This document shows, piece by piece, positions 43,547 through 57,773 of a DNA stretch of 64,000 nt (positions are counted from its first letter, which is position 1; each line of letters opens with the position of its first letter). The stretch spans positions 138,694,001 to 138,758,000 of the forward strand of contig OZ024742.1 of assembly GCA_964016885.1 (NCBI GenBank), in the 5' to 3' direction. Position numbers and translations under genes: made by a program. The notes below the pieces were generated by a model. It was given only the letters and a program-made list of their open reading frames with translations. It did not search any database and was not told the DNA's origin. The DNA comes from Eledone cirrhosa (Eukaryota).

Positions 43547-44099
43547 TCACTATTCACCTGCCAAACTATCAGAGCTAGTGATAATATATGCTATTTTCAG
43601 AAATACACAGTGATTGATCGGCCTGATTTGCATATTAGCAAACGAATCGAATGTTATTATTAATATTCGTAAAACTCAGATTACATTTATATATATAATG
43701 TTAACTTTGCTTTTCATCCTTACGGGGTCGATAAAATAAAGTACCAGTAATGCACTGGGTAATTGCTGGCTTTGTGCCTAACGTAGAAACAATTATTAAT
43801 ATTCGAAAAACTCAGATTACAATTATTGTATTCAGTCATGTAGAGCGAAAATTTTCTTATTTATTTGAATTTGGTAAAGCCGGCCATTTATCGCTCGTAG
43901 ACAGGAAACTGACTGGCCTGTCTGCTGATATGCAAATCTGACTGATCAGCCAGTCTGCTAATATGCAAATCAGTCCGATCAGTCACTGTGTATTTTTGAA
44001 AACAACAACAGCCGACACCAAAGCACATATTAAAAAATAACGTCGCCAACACCATCAATAACTTCACCAAATGCTCAAACAAACCTAAATACATACACA

Positions 44100-46960
44100 C
44101 GTGTAACACGGAATACAAAAATCTTCTGCTATTCCCATCGAGACAAATTATGTCTGCAGCCTGATTGTCCTTTTACCCATCTTCCGCGGGCTCATCGCAC
44201 AAATAAAAATAAAAATAAAAATTCTAACAAATACAAAGCCCACAACTACAGTCACTTACAGTTCGTTAAACAGGAAACCTCTTTTTCAGCCATAATGAAT
44301 CTGGCAAAAGAACTATCCACTACCACCCCACTGCACAAATTCCCATTGCTGCCATTAACAAACAAAACCCCAAAACAACTAAAATCACCCACCACTCTAG
44401 CCTCAACATTTTTGCTTAATGCTCAAGGCCCTTCCACCAAGACTAAAAAATGGAAGATCAAATTTCTTGAGGATTGGGTTGATGACCATTCTAACCACAT
44501 CCCTTTCTTTGCCCTCACCGATACTCATCTCAATGCCCTCCACTTAAAAGCCTAGTTGAAAGTGAATTTCAAAACTGTCCCTGCAGATCGCGCTGGCAGA
44601 AGAAAGGGCGAGACTGACATTTTTTGTACATGATTCTTTTTCGACAGAGGCTAAGAACGTATTTTCCAATCGATACTATGAAGCAGTCACTGTGTACAGT
44701 AAAACCAAACACTTAATAGTAGTTGGACTCAATAGGTCACCCCAAACGCATCAACCATGCTTTAAGGAATGCCTCAACAGCATAAAGTGTTCCATCCAAC
44801 AGTGTCACACTGGCAACATCTTAAATTGGTAACTTCAACATCCCCGGTGTTGACTGGTCCACAAACAGCTTAATACCAGGTTTTTCCACCTCAACTCCTG
44901 ACAAGGAGACAGTAGAATCGCTTCTTGACATCATGGATGAGTTTTTCCTGTCCCAACTCGTGCTCGAACCAACAAGGTGCCACAAAAACGTCTTCGACCT
45001 AATGATCAGTAACCACACTGAGACTATCCACAAAATTGCAGTGGAAAAACTCTACTCTCAGACCATACCATGATTCTCTGTGATCTGAGAATCCACCGTC
45101 CCAAAATCAAACCCAATGCCACTTCTTCACTTCATCCATTTGACACCATGGATCTTCATAATACAAACTGGTAAGCGATCAATGAAGATCTTGCACATGT
45201 CGATTGGTCTTTCATGCACACACATACACCTACTAACATCAAAAAACCCTGGCAGACATTTGTAGACACTATAACAAATATATGTGCAAAACATACCCCA
45301 TTAAGATCTGTAAACAAATCTAAGTGCAGAGTCCCTAGAAATAGAAGAACACTTATCAGAAAAATTAAAAGAATTAACAAAAGAATCAACAAGCTGAAAT
45401 ACTGCCAACAGCAACACACCCATTTGACTGTCATTACATCACTAAAATCGAAAAAACACAACCTCCAAAACAGTATGCTATCCATCATCAACAATCAAAG
45501 AGCAGCTGAAGAGGTCTGTTGTTGCTGTGATCTCACTCACCTCTCATATAATCAAGGTATTTGAGAGCGTGGTGAGATCACGAATAACTTACTCTCTTGG
45601 AAGCAACAATCTGCTGAACTCCAAACAACATGGGTCCCGTAATGGAAGGGATTGCCTAAGGCAGCTACTGCATCACTTTGATGACATTTTGAGAGCTTTG
45701 GGAGAGGGCTCCAACACTGATGTCATTTACCTTGATTTCAGCAAATCCTTTGTCAGGGTTGAACACAACATTCTACTGAGAAAACTATCCAACATTGATG
45801 TCATTGGAAAGTTACTGCAGTGGATCAAGTGTTTCTTGTCAAACGGAGCCCAACATGCAATCGAAGGAGTAAAATCCAGCACAGCCAAAGTCAGTAGTGG
45901 TGTCCAACAAGGCACCGTGTTGACCTACCTCTTTTCATCATCTATATAAATGACATTACTGAGATCATCAAGCACAGCAACATAAGAATCTTCGCAGATG
46001 ATTCCAAGTTCCTGAAGGTCAGCAATAGTGTGGGTGACCGGACGTCACTTTAATCATATCTTCTGGCTGTTATCCAATGGGCGGAAAAGAACAATATGCT
46101 GCTGAATGAGGATAAATTTGAGTTAATCTACTTTGGAAAAGAGGATGTCCTGAAACTCCCATACTCCCTTCCTTCAGGTGAAACTTTCGTGGCATCCAAG
46201 AACATCAATGACTTGGGAGTAATTATGGACATCAACATAAGCTGGGCCACTCATATAAACAGCAAAGTTGACATGGGCCGCAGAATGTGTTCCTGGATTC
46301 TCAGAAATTTCCAGTCGAGAGATATACACACTATTATCCTTCTCTTTTCCACATTTTCCCGACCTCACCTTGAATACTATTGTCCACTATGATTACCCCA
46401 CACGAAACAAAGTATCATGAAAATTAAAGCTCCTCAAAGGTCAATCACGAAAATGATAGGTGGGATGTCAGGCCTTGACAATCGGGGTCAACTAGAAAAC
46501 CTCAAACTATTCTCTCCAACGCCGCCGTTAGCGCTACATTATCTGCAAGATGTGGAAAATATTCCATCAGCATTGCCCAAATGATGTTGGCATCACCTTT
46601 AAACTACACCCAAGGCTTGGGCCCCGAACTCTCCGCCCACGACATAAATGAAACTAGCATCTCATAACAACAATACGGCACAATTATTTCAACTCAATTG
46701 GCCCTGCTCTCTTTACATTACACCAAAACACATTAAAACAGAAACAGACCCCATAAAGTTCAAGAAGTCTTAGGACAAATTCCTTCAAGAAACCCCATAT
46801 AAAGCTCCTTCACCTGGATATGTCTCCGCAAACAATAACGCCCTGCTTGAGTTGGCCATGGTGTCCAAATCCTGATTTGAAAGATTTGCCAGGTGGTGCT
46901 ATTATGTTACACATGACATGGACCAATACTGGCCGAAACCTATCAAAGTCTTCAAAGTTA
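44100..46960 (+). mobile_element. CR1/L2/Jockey-group LINE (APE + RT), decayed
   Basis: Endonuclease remnants (ALTDTHL, GNFNIPGVDW, SDH) and RT motifs ISLTSHIIKVFE, YLDFSKSF, SGVQQGTVL, FADDSK, RPHLEYYCPL; many frameshifts. Confidence 0.85.
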
Positions 46961-47205
46961 TATATGTATGTAAACCATGTTATTTTATACCATGCCTTTA
47001 TTAATATACAACTTAAATCCATTATAAATTTTATTATACACTTCCGTAGCATGAAGAAGCCCACGTGTCTGAAACCGGTCCGATAAATTCCTTTTTTATA
47101 AATAAAAGTTTTGCTGTTATTCTATGAGAAAATCCCATTAACATTTTCTACTGTTTTTTTTCTTTTTTACTATTGTATATATCAACTCGTGTGTCATTTC
47201 TCAAC

Positions 47206-47288
<83 letters not shown>

Positions 47289-47314
47289 GTGTAACAAACA
47301 ACATAAGATAATTA

Positions 47315-47387
47315 TTTCATTTACCAAAGGTTTCACGAAGACAGACGAGCCTGGCACAGACGTCTGCCTTCAATCGTCAGAATAAAA
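47315..47387 (-). ncRNA. Hammerhead ribozyme fold with long stem II
   Basis: ttttatt CTGACGA t tgaaggcagacg...cgtctgtcttcg t GAAA cc ttt gg TA aatgaaa; 7-bp stem I and 12-bp stem II (both with GU pairs). Confidence 0.78.
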
Positions 47388-47569
47388 TTTTATTTAAAAT
47401 GGAAGTGAGATATGGATTTCAAAACAGAGTCTAGGACAATTGTAAGCGAGGCTGAAATAAAATAACGGACATAATATAAAGGGGAAAATAAAAAATGCAT
47501 ATGTATATATACAAGCTCTGTAGCCTACATAGAGCACTTTCTTTTCCTTTACCTTTCCTACGGAAATAC

Positions 47570-47646
<77 letters not shown>

Positions 47647-47890
47647 ATATAAACTAATTAAATAGTTACACCATCACGAACATAGACAAATACACATATT
47701 TTATTGTTCTTGACGCTACTAATTAACTTACTAAACAGAGTAATACGCCGAACCATACTACAAGATCAGCTCATATATTCCCACCAGTCCTTTATTACCA
47801 ATACACACACATACACACTACCGCCATCACCTGCCCATTCCCTCCTCCTGCGTCAGCACACCTTCACCCCATATCACTCCCATTCTTTAT

Positions 47891-48545
47891 TCTAGGTGCT
47901 CCCACCTAGAATAGTGACCTCTAGGAGATGGTTCATCTTCTGCCTGACTGTAAACCGTGTATCATTGCATAGACGTGGTTGTACCACGTTTCCCAAAAGG
48001 ATGATGGAAGTTCCAATCTTTTATATTATATGTAGATATAGATAGGGATAATTAATATAAAAGATGATGCTCAGCCAGTCTGTCTTCAACCATCGCAGCA
48101 CGCCGTCGCTGCTTGGCTCCAGTATTTCGTTGGCGTTGTTCAGCCAGCTCTTCTTCATTCATGGCGGCACGTCTTCGCATCCGAAGTTCGGCGTGCCGAT
48201 GGCGGTGTCGGCCCATTTTTCTTCATTCCTGGCTGCACGCCGTCGCCGCTGTAGTTCACTGTTTGATAAAGTCGAATTGATTTTACACTCTGTGGAACGC
48301 TGCACGCACGCACACACACATAAACATACGCGCATGTACATACACCCGCACACATGGTAATAGTTACAGCGTTCACTTTGCCTCTCTGTTTCTTACTTTC
48401 TCCTCTCACTCCCTCATTGGCATTATGCATATTAATTTAAGTTTGGCGTCGTTGAGGTGGGCGGAGTCGTTTGAAACTTATGAGCCAATGATAATCGAGA
48501 ATTATGACACACGGAATAATGACGTTGTTGAAATTAATATATAGA
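47891..48545 (-). mobile_element. Second, internally deleted copy of the same Helitron joined head-to-tail
   Basis: 48290-48545 matches 53270-53478 (5' end); 47891-48066 matches about 48748-48921 (3' region); starts with TC directly after the CTAG of the large copy. Confidence 0.88.
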
Positions 48546-51500
48546 CTAGCTGACTTACCCAGCTTCGCCCGGGTAAACAGATGATAAGAGAAGACAGGTA
48601 AAAGGGAAAATGACTGTATTGGATGTTTGTCTGGTAACAGTATGAGGCGAGTCCGTGGTGTCTGTGTGATACCAAAAACAGTAAAAAAAATCTTCCAGAT
48701 ATACCAGATTCTTTGTTGTACCGTTTGTGCATAGTATATGAACAATTCTAGGTATTCCCACCTAGAATAGTGACCTCTAGGAGATGGTTCATCTTCTGCC
48801 TGACTGTAAAACGTGTATTATTGCATAGACGTGGTTGTTCCACGTTTCTCAAAAGGATGATGGAAGTTCCAATCTGTTATATTATATGTAGATATAGATA
48901 TAGATAATTAATATAAAAGATGTCCGTCAATGTAAAAAAAGGTCCCTATTTACTTGAAATGGTTTATACAAATGCCAAATTAATATGGATATGGATAACA
49001 CGCTTATCTATAAGTGGTCAGCTATAATAATAAAACAACAAATTATATGACACAAAAATGTATTCAGTAATTTTCAGGCTCTTAGCCACTGAGTAATAGA
49101 CAGTCAATATTGCCCAGAGTTCAACTCGGGGAGGTGGCCTGGTTTGAACTCCAAATGGCGGATCCTTCTACTTCGAAAATAGAATCGTTTTTCATTATTA
49201 CTCTAGCCCTGGCCGGCCATAGGCACCAAACTTTTTGCCAGACTCAGCATATGATGAGGTATTATTGCCACCGCTATCAGAAGCGACAAATTTAAAGGCA
49301 ATTTCTACCAATACTTGTTGGTTTTTATTGCTCATTATCGACAATAAATGACATTGAACAGAAATGATAACTCTGTCAAAGCTCACAATACTGATCAAAT
49401 GACACCAATGTCTGAATCATTTACGTGGAATATTCATAGCAGTGAAGGCAATTTCTACCAATACTTGTTGGTATTTATTGCGCAACATAGCAGTGAAAGC
49501 AATTTTTACCAATACTTGTTTGTTTTTATTGCTCATAACGACATTAAATGACATTGAACATAAATGATAACTCTGTCAAAGCTCACAATACTGATCAAAG
49601 GACACCAATGTCCGAATCATTTACGTCAATTATTGATAGCATTAAAGGTATGCATACATCAGCTCAAAGCTTCAATATAGACAATATTCAGGATTGTTCC
49701 TCTGTCAATTGCAAATTTTACACCATCAGGATCGCACACTCGAGATGCAGCAACATACAGTTGCCCATGGCTGAATGCTGGATCATTCAAGTAGACACCG
49801 ACTCGTTTGAAAGTCTGTCCCCGTGCCTTGTTGACAGTCATGGAGAAGGCCAAATTGACAGGAAACTGTTTCCTTTGCCAAATAAAATGCAGCAGATCTT
49901 CACTTGCTCTCAGCAGGATCCTCGGAATGAGAACCGAGCCCTCTCTGCCTGGGAGTTTAGGTTCTAAAACTCTTCCGTTAATCAATCTCTCAACAATCAA
50001 TCTGGTACCATTGCAAGACCCATTTCATGATTGATATTTCTAAGCAATATAATCGGCATTCCCTTTTTCTACCAAAATATGTGGGGGGAATCCTGGTATT
50101 TGAAGTGAATTCAGATACTCAGTCGGAACATCCATATTGTTCGGCTGATTAGGCTCCATTGCGTCCGCACTGACGGTCAACCATTCCTCTCCAGGAAACA
50201 TTCCCGCTACTTGTGAATTTATTTCATCGACCGTTGCATTCGTATGAGTTAGAATAACGCGTTCCGATATCCAGGAGATATTCTGCCAAAAAGCATTCTG
50301 GAACACCCAGTCAATCAATGCTTGGCGGTCCAGTGGCATGACCAAATGGTCTGGGATTCTTACAGTCTGATTATCACCAACGTGTGGCAATTCATCGTTT
50401 TCCAACTGCATCAACCATCGGCCGTATGTCTCAGCCTCTTCGTTTTTCCCAAACATACGAAGTCGCATATTATCGTGTAATCGTAAAACTCTGAAATGGC
50501 GCCACAACGGGGACTTTTTCAGACATGCATCGACAATTTGCGCTCTTTGAGCATTCCTAACAATTGGTAGCACCTGTCTGAAATCGCCACCAAGAACGAT
50601 AGTCTTACCACCGAATGGCAGGTCACTACCGCAGATATCTCTCAAAGTTCTGTCCAATGCCTCCAGCAAATATCTGTGTGCCATTGGAGTCTCGTATTGC
50701 GTATAAGGCTCGCGAGTTCACTTTGCCCTGTAATGTTACAGACACTCAACTCATCCGGAGCCAATGGAGCCTTGAAGCATGAGTGGAAGGTCCTTCCACC
50801 ACTCAGCAAAGTGGCAGAGATCCCACTGGTGGCCACAGGGAGAGCAATCTTCCTCTGAGCTCTGACTGCCGATAACATAGTGTTGAAACAGAATGTCTTT
50901 CCGGTGCCTCCTGGAGCATCTATGAAAGCACAAAGTTGCTCATTAGTGGAAATCGAGTGGAGAACGCCATCGACCAATTCTCTCTGAGATTGGGTCAACA
51001 TTGGCATACGTTCATCCACAATACGTTGCTGTTCCAGTGGATCAAACTGGAATAGTTCCCTCCGATCGAATGGCAACCGACTAATCTGCAATCTCATGTT
51101 CAATGCTAAGACACGTTGCCGCATTTCTTCATCAGGAATTGGCAAATTGAAATCTGTTAAACATTTGAAATGAACTTCAAGCAGTTGCTCATCATCGACC
51201 TGAAGATGATGCCTAAAATAATCAGCCATAATTCTCCAATGGCATTCAAATAACTCTCTTGGATCGGCAGGTTTGCAGAATCCTAGAATCCTGACAAATA
51301 ACTGCCTTATTTGAGCTCGCATCTGTGTTGTATCTGCAGCTTCCATGGCGTTATTCCATTCAGCATCATCCTGAAGGAGTCCCAGATGCTGACACACACC
51401 CTGGTATGTTTCATATTCCACGCCATTGATTTTTTCAAATCAGCGAAGCTCTGTTTACCTCTCGAAAAATCACTATGCAACAGAATTCGGAGATAAAACA

Positions 51501-53478
51501 CATCACCAGATGCTGGATGGACATTACAAACCCGTCCAATAGTCATGAATCTCAACTGTTGTTTTCTATCATTCCATTTTTTTCCCTTCTTATCCCACGT
51601 ATAGTGCGAAGGGAAATCGCAGTAGAGCTGCCTTTGATCCGGGTTCAAAGCATGTTCCCTATTATGTTTGAACCACTCAGTCAATTCCGTCTTAGGGGGT
51701 GGTGCGTTAGCAATTCTTTCGACACCTCTTCTAGTGTCCTGAAAACAGACCATTTTCCTATTCTCTAAGTGAACCGTCAGTTTCTGAACGCTGGGTTTGC
51801 GTTCATTGATTTCAAAATCGAGCAATCTCCAGCAAGCTTCGCTAGATCCAATCGAGCGAACATCCTGGAACCTGCCAACTTCATCTCCTTGGTTCGCTTT
51901 CTCATTCCTAACATTTATCATTGCCCGATCATGACCTTTGTAAACATATTTGAATAGATATTTGCAAGCTTTCACTGAGCTACAAATTTCCACATTAATA
52001 TGACAACGATATTTCATAATAAAATATGGATTGTATGGCACAACCCATTGATTTGTAACCTGTCGACCGTTTACATTTTCGACTAAACCGCCTTCGGCAG
52101 GCGACCGTCTTCTGTTTGAGGGATGAGCATCCCCATCGTTCCAGGAAGTGTTCGTGACAAAAGATTTCGGAAAGTGCTTACTGCATTGGCCATTTTTCAT
52201 GCAAGGCGCTTTCCGCATTGGTCACTCCGCATTGGCCACTCCGCATTGGTTGTGTACCATTGACTTTGCCACCAAGTTGCGTAGTGCCTCATTCTCCGGC
52301 AGTTCAGCACATACAATGCTGTCGACCACCTCAGCACATCTCAATTTGCAATCTCTATGTAAAATGATCAGCAAATGTGCATGTGGCAATCCTCTTTTTT
52401 GGGGAATTCAATTACGTATGTAAAAGCAACTATACCTCCAAAAATTCCCTCTTTTTCCACATCATCCATTATCTTTTTCAGATATCCTTTGAATACTCTT
52501 GCCACAATATCAGGACGGTCCTTTGGCTGTTGTCCTGACAAAAGTGCATCCTTAATATCAGTCCATTCAAGATTGCATGTAACCGTTATAAACAAATCTG
52601 GCTTTCCAAACTTTCTGACAATAGCCATTGTATCCTGATAGCGAATGTTCATATATCTCGGGCCGCCGATGAACGACGATGGCAAAATGATGCGTCGACC
52701 AATTTTCTTGTAATTGGCATCATCGGCTGTTATTGCATCCTGTATATTATTATACAATTCAGCTCTGATATGTTGCTGATGTGTAGCTATATAATTTAGC
52801 CTTTGATTTTCGATCTTTGCGAATGCAATACAACAATATTCTTGGAACAATCTGCTGGCTTGAAATAGCGCATTTCTCTGTTGATTCTTCTCGTTCAAAT
52901 GGAACGCGTAAAAGTCGCGAATCAAATTATTGTGTCTATTGCCACCTCCCTGTTGATGCTGATTCTCATGATCATCTAAATGAACAGACATGTTCCATCC
53001 ATTTTCACTTTTTGTGAATAAAAGAACATAATGCAATGGATCGTATGCCCTATTTGACTCATTGATAGTCTTGAGACCACCATCTCTGCGATTGAGGACG
53101 ATATCTCTCAATCCAGGCTTATCGTCCATCAACACAGCAACTTCACGAAATCCTTCAGGGGCATTATATCGCCGTTCGTGTTGATTCCTTGGCACTGCGT
53201 CAACCTTAATCACCAATGTTTGCTGCTGAATATTTTGCAGTTCAGCCACTAACATGAAATCCATAACATATACGCGCACATACATACACACGCACACATG
53301 TTAATAGTTATTGAACACAGCGTTCACACTCTCCCTTCTCACTCCCTCATTGGCATTATGCATATTAATTTAAGTTTGGCGTCGTTGAGGTGGGCGGAGT
53401 CGTTTGAAACCTATGAACCAATGATAATCGAGAATTATGACACACGGAATACTGACGTTCTTGAAATTAATAAATAGA
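48546..53478 (-). mobile_element. Helitron with decayed Rep/Pif1-helicase ORF and intact termini
   Basis: 5' A|TCTATTTATT at 53478; 3' hairpin tacccgggcgaagctgggta + CTAG at 48546. Rep motifs ILPSSFIGGPRYM, PDLFIT.TCN, EF.KRGLPHAH, KYLFKYVYKG; helicase FIDAPGGTGKTF, LPFGGK...GDFRQVLP, QFPVNLAFSMTVNKARGQT, FSHGQLYVA.SR; frameshifted. Confidence 0.95.
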
Positions 53479-53949
53479 TTATCTCGCTTTTTTTTTGTTC
53501 GTGCTTTGCCAGAGAACGTTTCCATGAACCTAAGTATCGTCTTCCGGTTTTCCTTCGGCTGCAACGTTTTCCGAAATATTTACTTCTGCGTTCACAGAAT
53601 GATTTTTTTAGTTTCAGAAGATCCAGTTAAGGGTGAAAGCAGCGATTCTTTGCTTAAACTTTAATCAGTTATTTTAATAAATATTTGCTCTACGGTTCTT
53701 ATATATTTGATATATAATTATCCTTATCGAGCCCTCTTTGGATTTTAGTCTACAAATTTATTATTATTACTATATATATATATATTAACGGAAGCGAGGA
53801 ACTACCGTGAGCTCAGCTAATATACCCACTAATATACCGACTCTGTAACTTACCATGTATCGAGTACTTCTTTGATTTATTGTCTACCCGACCCCTGTAC
53901 CGCAAACAATCAATGTATATATATATCTCTATTTACCCAATTGACTTAC

Positions 53950-54057
53950 CTCCATTCTTTTCAAACGAACTTTCGCTTCTGAAATTGTACGTATAGCCCA
54001 AGGCAGAATTACGAGTACAATCCGCATAAAATTCAGTGCACCAATGAATGCAAACGC
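53950..54057 (-). CDS. ABCC transporter exon B (last TMD1 helix)
   Basis: ctctag / gtaagt; 108 bp; AFAFIGALNFMRIVLVILPWAIRTISEAKVRLKRME fits the ABCC AF...N...L..P.....SEA.V...R pattern. Not in the ORF track. Confidence 0.9.
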
Positions 54058-54268
54058 CTAGAGTGAAAATAAATTGAAATATTATAGTGTAGTGTAAACC
54101 TTAAATTTGGAGAAGAATCATCAAAATTGGCATATGTACATGTTTTCCATTGGTGTATAAAAAAATAGACCACAAATAAATGTGACACTATAATTAAGGT
54201 AAAGGGAGTAGTAATTCTTTCAAAGAATCTATATATTTTTTTTACAAGTAGAGACAAACAAAACCATA

Positions 54269-54746
54269 TCTTAACTATAATAAAGGAAGGTCTGCGGGAT
54301 TGCGTCCAGAATATATTTTTTACCCCGTTTGTAAAATAAGTTGGATTACTTTGAATATAGAATGAATGAATATTACATAATTTATGTGCTAAATTTCGTG
54401 GCGGTTGATTAAATATATTTTATAGCTTAATCTTTAAAATTCCCTTCTTTAAAATTATCAAATGTCAACACTTCCGGTTAGCGGCCGTTATATTATATCA
54501 CTTATAATCGCATATATGTCCGTCGCTAATTTTCTCCTAATGCAGTTTATATATAATGTCGTCTTTTTTTTAAATATATCATGGAGAAGACAGTGTAACA
54601 TAGGCTTTGTTCTATTGCTGTGTATATTGTCAATTACGATTTTATTTGATGTATCATATTTACATGCATATATACTTGTGTATAATATCTATATACACAC
54701 TACACATGCTAGCAGAAAACCACCCGTAGGGTGGTTTTTCTGCTAG
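54269..54746 (+). mobile_element. Non-autonomous Helitron-like element
   Basis: A|TCTTAACTATAATAAAG ... hairpin gcagaaaaccacccgtagggtggtttttctgc, ending CTAG|T. Confidence 0.75.
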
Positions 54747-54780
54747 TTCAATTTAATGATGATAAGAACGTAATTTTGAA

Positions 54781-54856
<76 letters not shown>

Positions 54857-55503
54857 AGGTAATAGCATTATGAACGGGTAAATATTTGAATCATTTTTTT
54901 AATTTTTTTAAAAGAGTTGTTTAATGTAGGTTTGTTCTGCTCTTCTTAATTTTTATAGTTCTGGTATCTCGAATTAGTACCATTGAACACCAATTATATT
55001 ATAGACACACTATACATCTCTATGGGTACTTAGTACTCAGAGAGATATTTACCTCATTTTATGAATTCTCCTATCTATGTCGAGAAAAAAATTCCTTGCT
55101 GCTTACAGCTATTTTTTTAGCAGAATAGCCATCAACGCGCCTGTAATATTCCCGCTTTTTGTAGTGGCCATTTCATGTGTGGGTCATTTTAACGGCCTTA
55201 CTCATACTAGCTGGTAGTTGGCAATATATTTGCAGACTGTGGGACTAGTTCCTACTGTTTGGAAATAGCTATCTGATGAACTTTACTTTTCCGTTAGAAA
55301 TTCTCCGAATCTTTAACCTTTTGTAAAGCGAAATCGCCGGTAATAACATTATGAACGGGTAAATATTTGAATCATTTTTTAAATTTTTTTTAAAGCGTTG
55401 TTTAATGTTTGTATGTTTTGCTCTTCTTAATAATTATATATATATATTTATATATATATATACGATATTAACAAATGGAAACTATATTTATAAAACCATA
55501 TTT

Positions 55504-55566
55504 ATTTCATTATACATATTTCAAGGATACGAAGTTAAATTATGGTGTGCTTTCATCAGATAAAAT
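55504..55566 (-). ncRNA. Hammerhead fold, partly decayed
   Basis: attttat CTGATGA aagcacac...gtatcctt GAAA tatgta TA atgaaat; 7-bp stem I, imperfect stem II. Confidence 0.58.
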
Positions 55567-55663
55567 ACTTTCAGCAGATAAAATACTCCAAATATTTGTT
55601 GAGTGCTTTATATCAGTTATAAAAATATTTGCTTGTTGTATCCCAACAATTTAAATAGTACTT

Positions 55664-55700
<37 letters not shown>

Positions 55701-56097
55701 GTATTTTGGCAGTCCATGACTCGTATAAAAGAATTACCGGATATACAAACGATCATGCGCTCCAAGTGTTGTGTTTAATTAATGGTTTGCATAAGAGAAA
55801 CCCTATACATTATGTTGATTACTGACATGTGGAAGCTATTATAGATAAGAATGGTCTTTTAATCATGTGTTTCTACGATATAATTACATAAATGTTAAGC
55901 ATGTATGTACAAGTGACATACAGATTAAATGTATGAATATATTTGGAAAAATAAACGTACAGGGACAAAGGTGGGGCTAGAACCCAGCCTCTTACGATTA
56001 GAAAGCGAACTTCTTATTATAGCAACATGACTGAAACAGAAAATTCATTGTGTGTATGTAAGTGTATGTTTGCGTGCATAAATTTTAACCAGTTACA

Positions 56098-56161
<64 letters not shown>

Positions 56162-56527
56162 TACACACAGATACATACAGACACAGACACATATGTATAT
56201 ATTCATTTTAAGGCTAAATAGTGAGACTTGTTACTCTGGAGTTTCGGCTCTTTATCACAAGGTCACTCTGTGATTGTGTGCTTGTCTGTAATGCAATACA
56301 GCCTAAACGGTGCATAATAGGAAAATACTTTGAAAGGAAATTCCCTCTGAAATGGGAATACAGATGGAATAAAATAAGCTTCACGTAAATCGGAGCACGA
56401 TTTACCGAGATACCGGGTATTTCCGTGTACCTTCATTAATAGAGAGAGAGAAATATAGAGAGAAAGAGATTGTGGTTGTGAGAGAGTAGATTGAAAGACA
56501 CACACACAGACAGACACACACACAGAT

Positions 56528-56641
<114 letters not shown>

Positions 56642-56905
56642 AAAATGGAAGAGAGAGCTGTTGAAAGAAAGTATAACAGGCGATTTCAAAGAATCGAATA
56701 AAGCATTACTGTATCTAACTCGAATTTGGTGACTGAATATTAAGTCATATGTATCATATATCCTGTATTAGGACAGGGTGTGTGTAGCGAATATTCCCTG
56801 CTAAATAGGAACGGTTTCTAAGTGTGTGTGTATATATATGTGTGTGTGTGTGCCTGTGACTAGTGTATATGGCTCACAGACACCCATATATATATATACA
56901 CGCAT

Positions 56906-56985
<80 letters not shown>

Positions 56986-57014
56986 GGGTCTTCCAATTTT
57001 ATTTTACATGGTAG

Positions 57015-57717
57015 TGAGACTTAGGCATTGTGTGCTGAAGACCTGCGTAGATTAGAAAAAAATGAAGCTTGCATGCTCCGATAGATTTGTAATAGTAATG
57101 TGCACGAAAGGAGAACCATAAACGAACTAAGAGGGAGACTAAGCATAAGAGGTATCAAATGTTGTGTTCCGGAGAGGAGTTTGCGTTGGTATGGACATGT
57201 GGTGCGTATGAAGGACGACAGCTGTATAAAAAAGTGCAGGGCAATGACAATTGATGGAAGCTGCGGAGTGGGTAGACCAAGAAAAACCTGGGACGAGGTG
57301 ATAAACACTGACTTTGCCCACCTACACCTCTCTAAGAAAATGGCACTGGATCGAGACCTTTGGTACCATGCAGTTGTACAGAAGACCCGACTACCATTTC
57401 ATACAAACCTACAGTCAGTAGGCACCTCTTAGCTCAATGTACACCCCACCGCCACACCCTACCCCATCCTCCCTCTCCCGTTCCGTCCACTGTGTCGATG
57501 ACACAACAGTCCACACTGTAAGGTGGTTGTGTAGGAGACCCGGTGAAAAGGCTCCCAGTCCACACTGTAAATGTGGTTGGTGTTAGGAAGGGCACCCAGC
57601 TGTAAAACACTTGCCAGAGACGTTTCCGTGCGTGCGAGACATGGTCTCCCGACCATTCCCGCATCAAATGGAACAAAATCGTCTAACCCATGCCAACGTG
57701 GAAGATGGACGTTAAAC

Positions 57718-57772
<55 letters not shown>
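57015..57772 (+). mobile_element. RTE-clade LINE 3' fragment with (GAT)n tail
   Basis: RSLRWYGHVVRM...GVGRPRKTWDEVI..D...DRDLW is the typical RTE ORF C-terminus; (GAT)n tail at about 57718-57772. Confidence 0.8.

Positions 57773-57773
<1 letters not shown>

Noticed and set aside
47050-47082. ATGAAGA...GAAACCGGTC motif (homologue at about 5128-5157); similar relics at about 12135-12180, 43150-43208 and 56230-56298
   Set aside because: Core and stem I are too decayed to call a ribozyme; at most fossil pLTR hammerheads.
55273-55312. CTGATGA...GAAA ttc tcc gaa TC hammerhead-like string
   Set aside because: Stem III pairs but stems I and II do not; could be chance.
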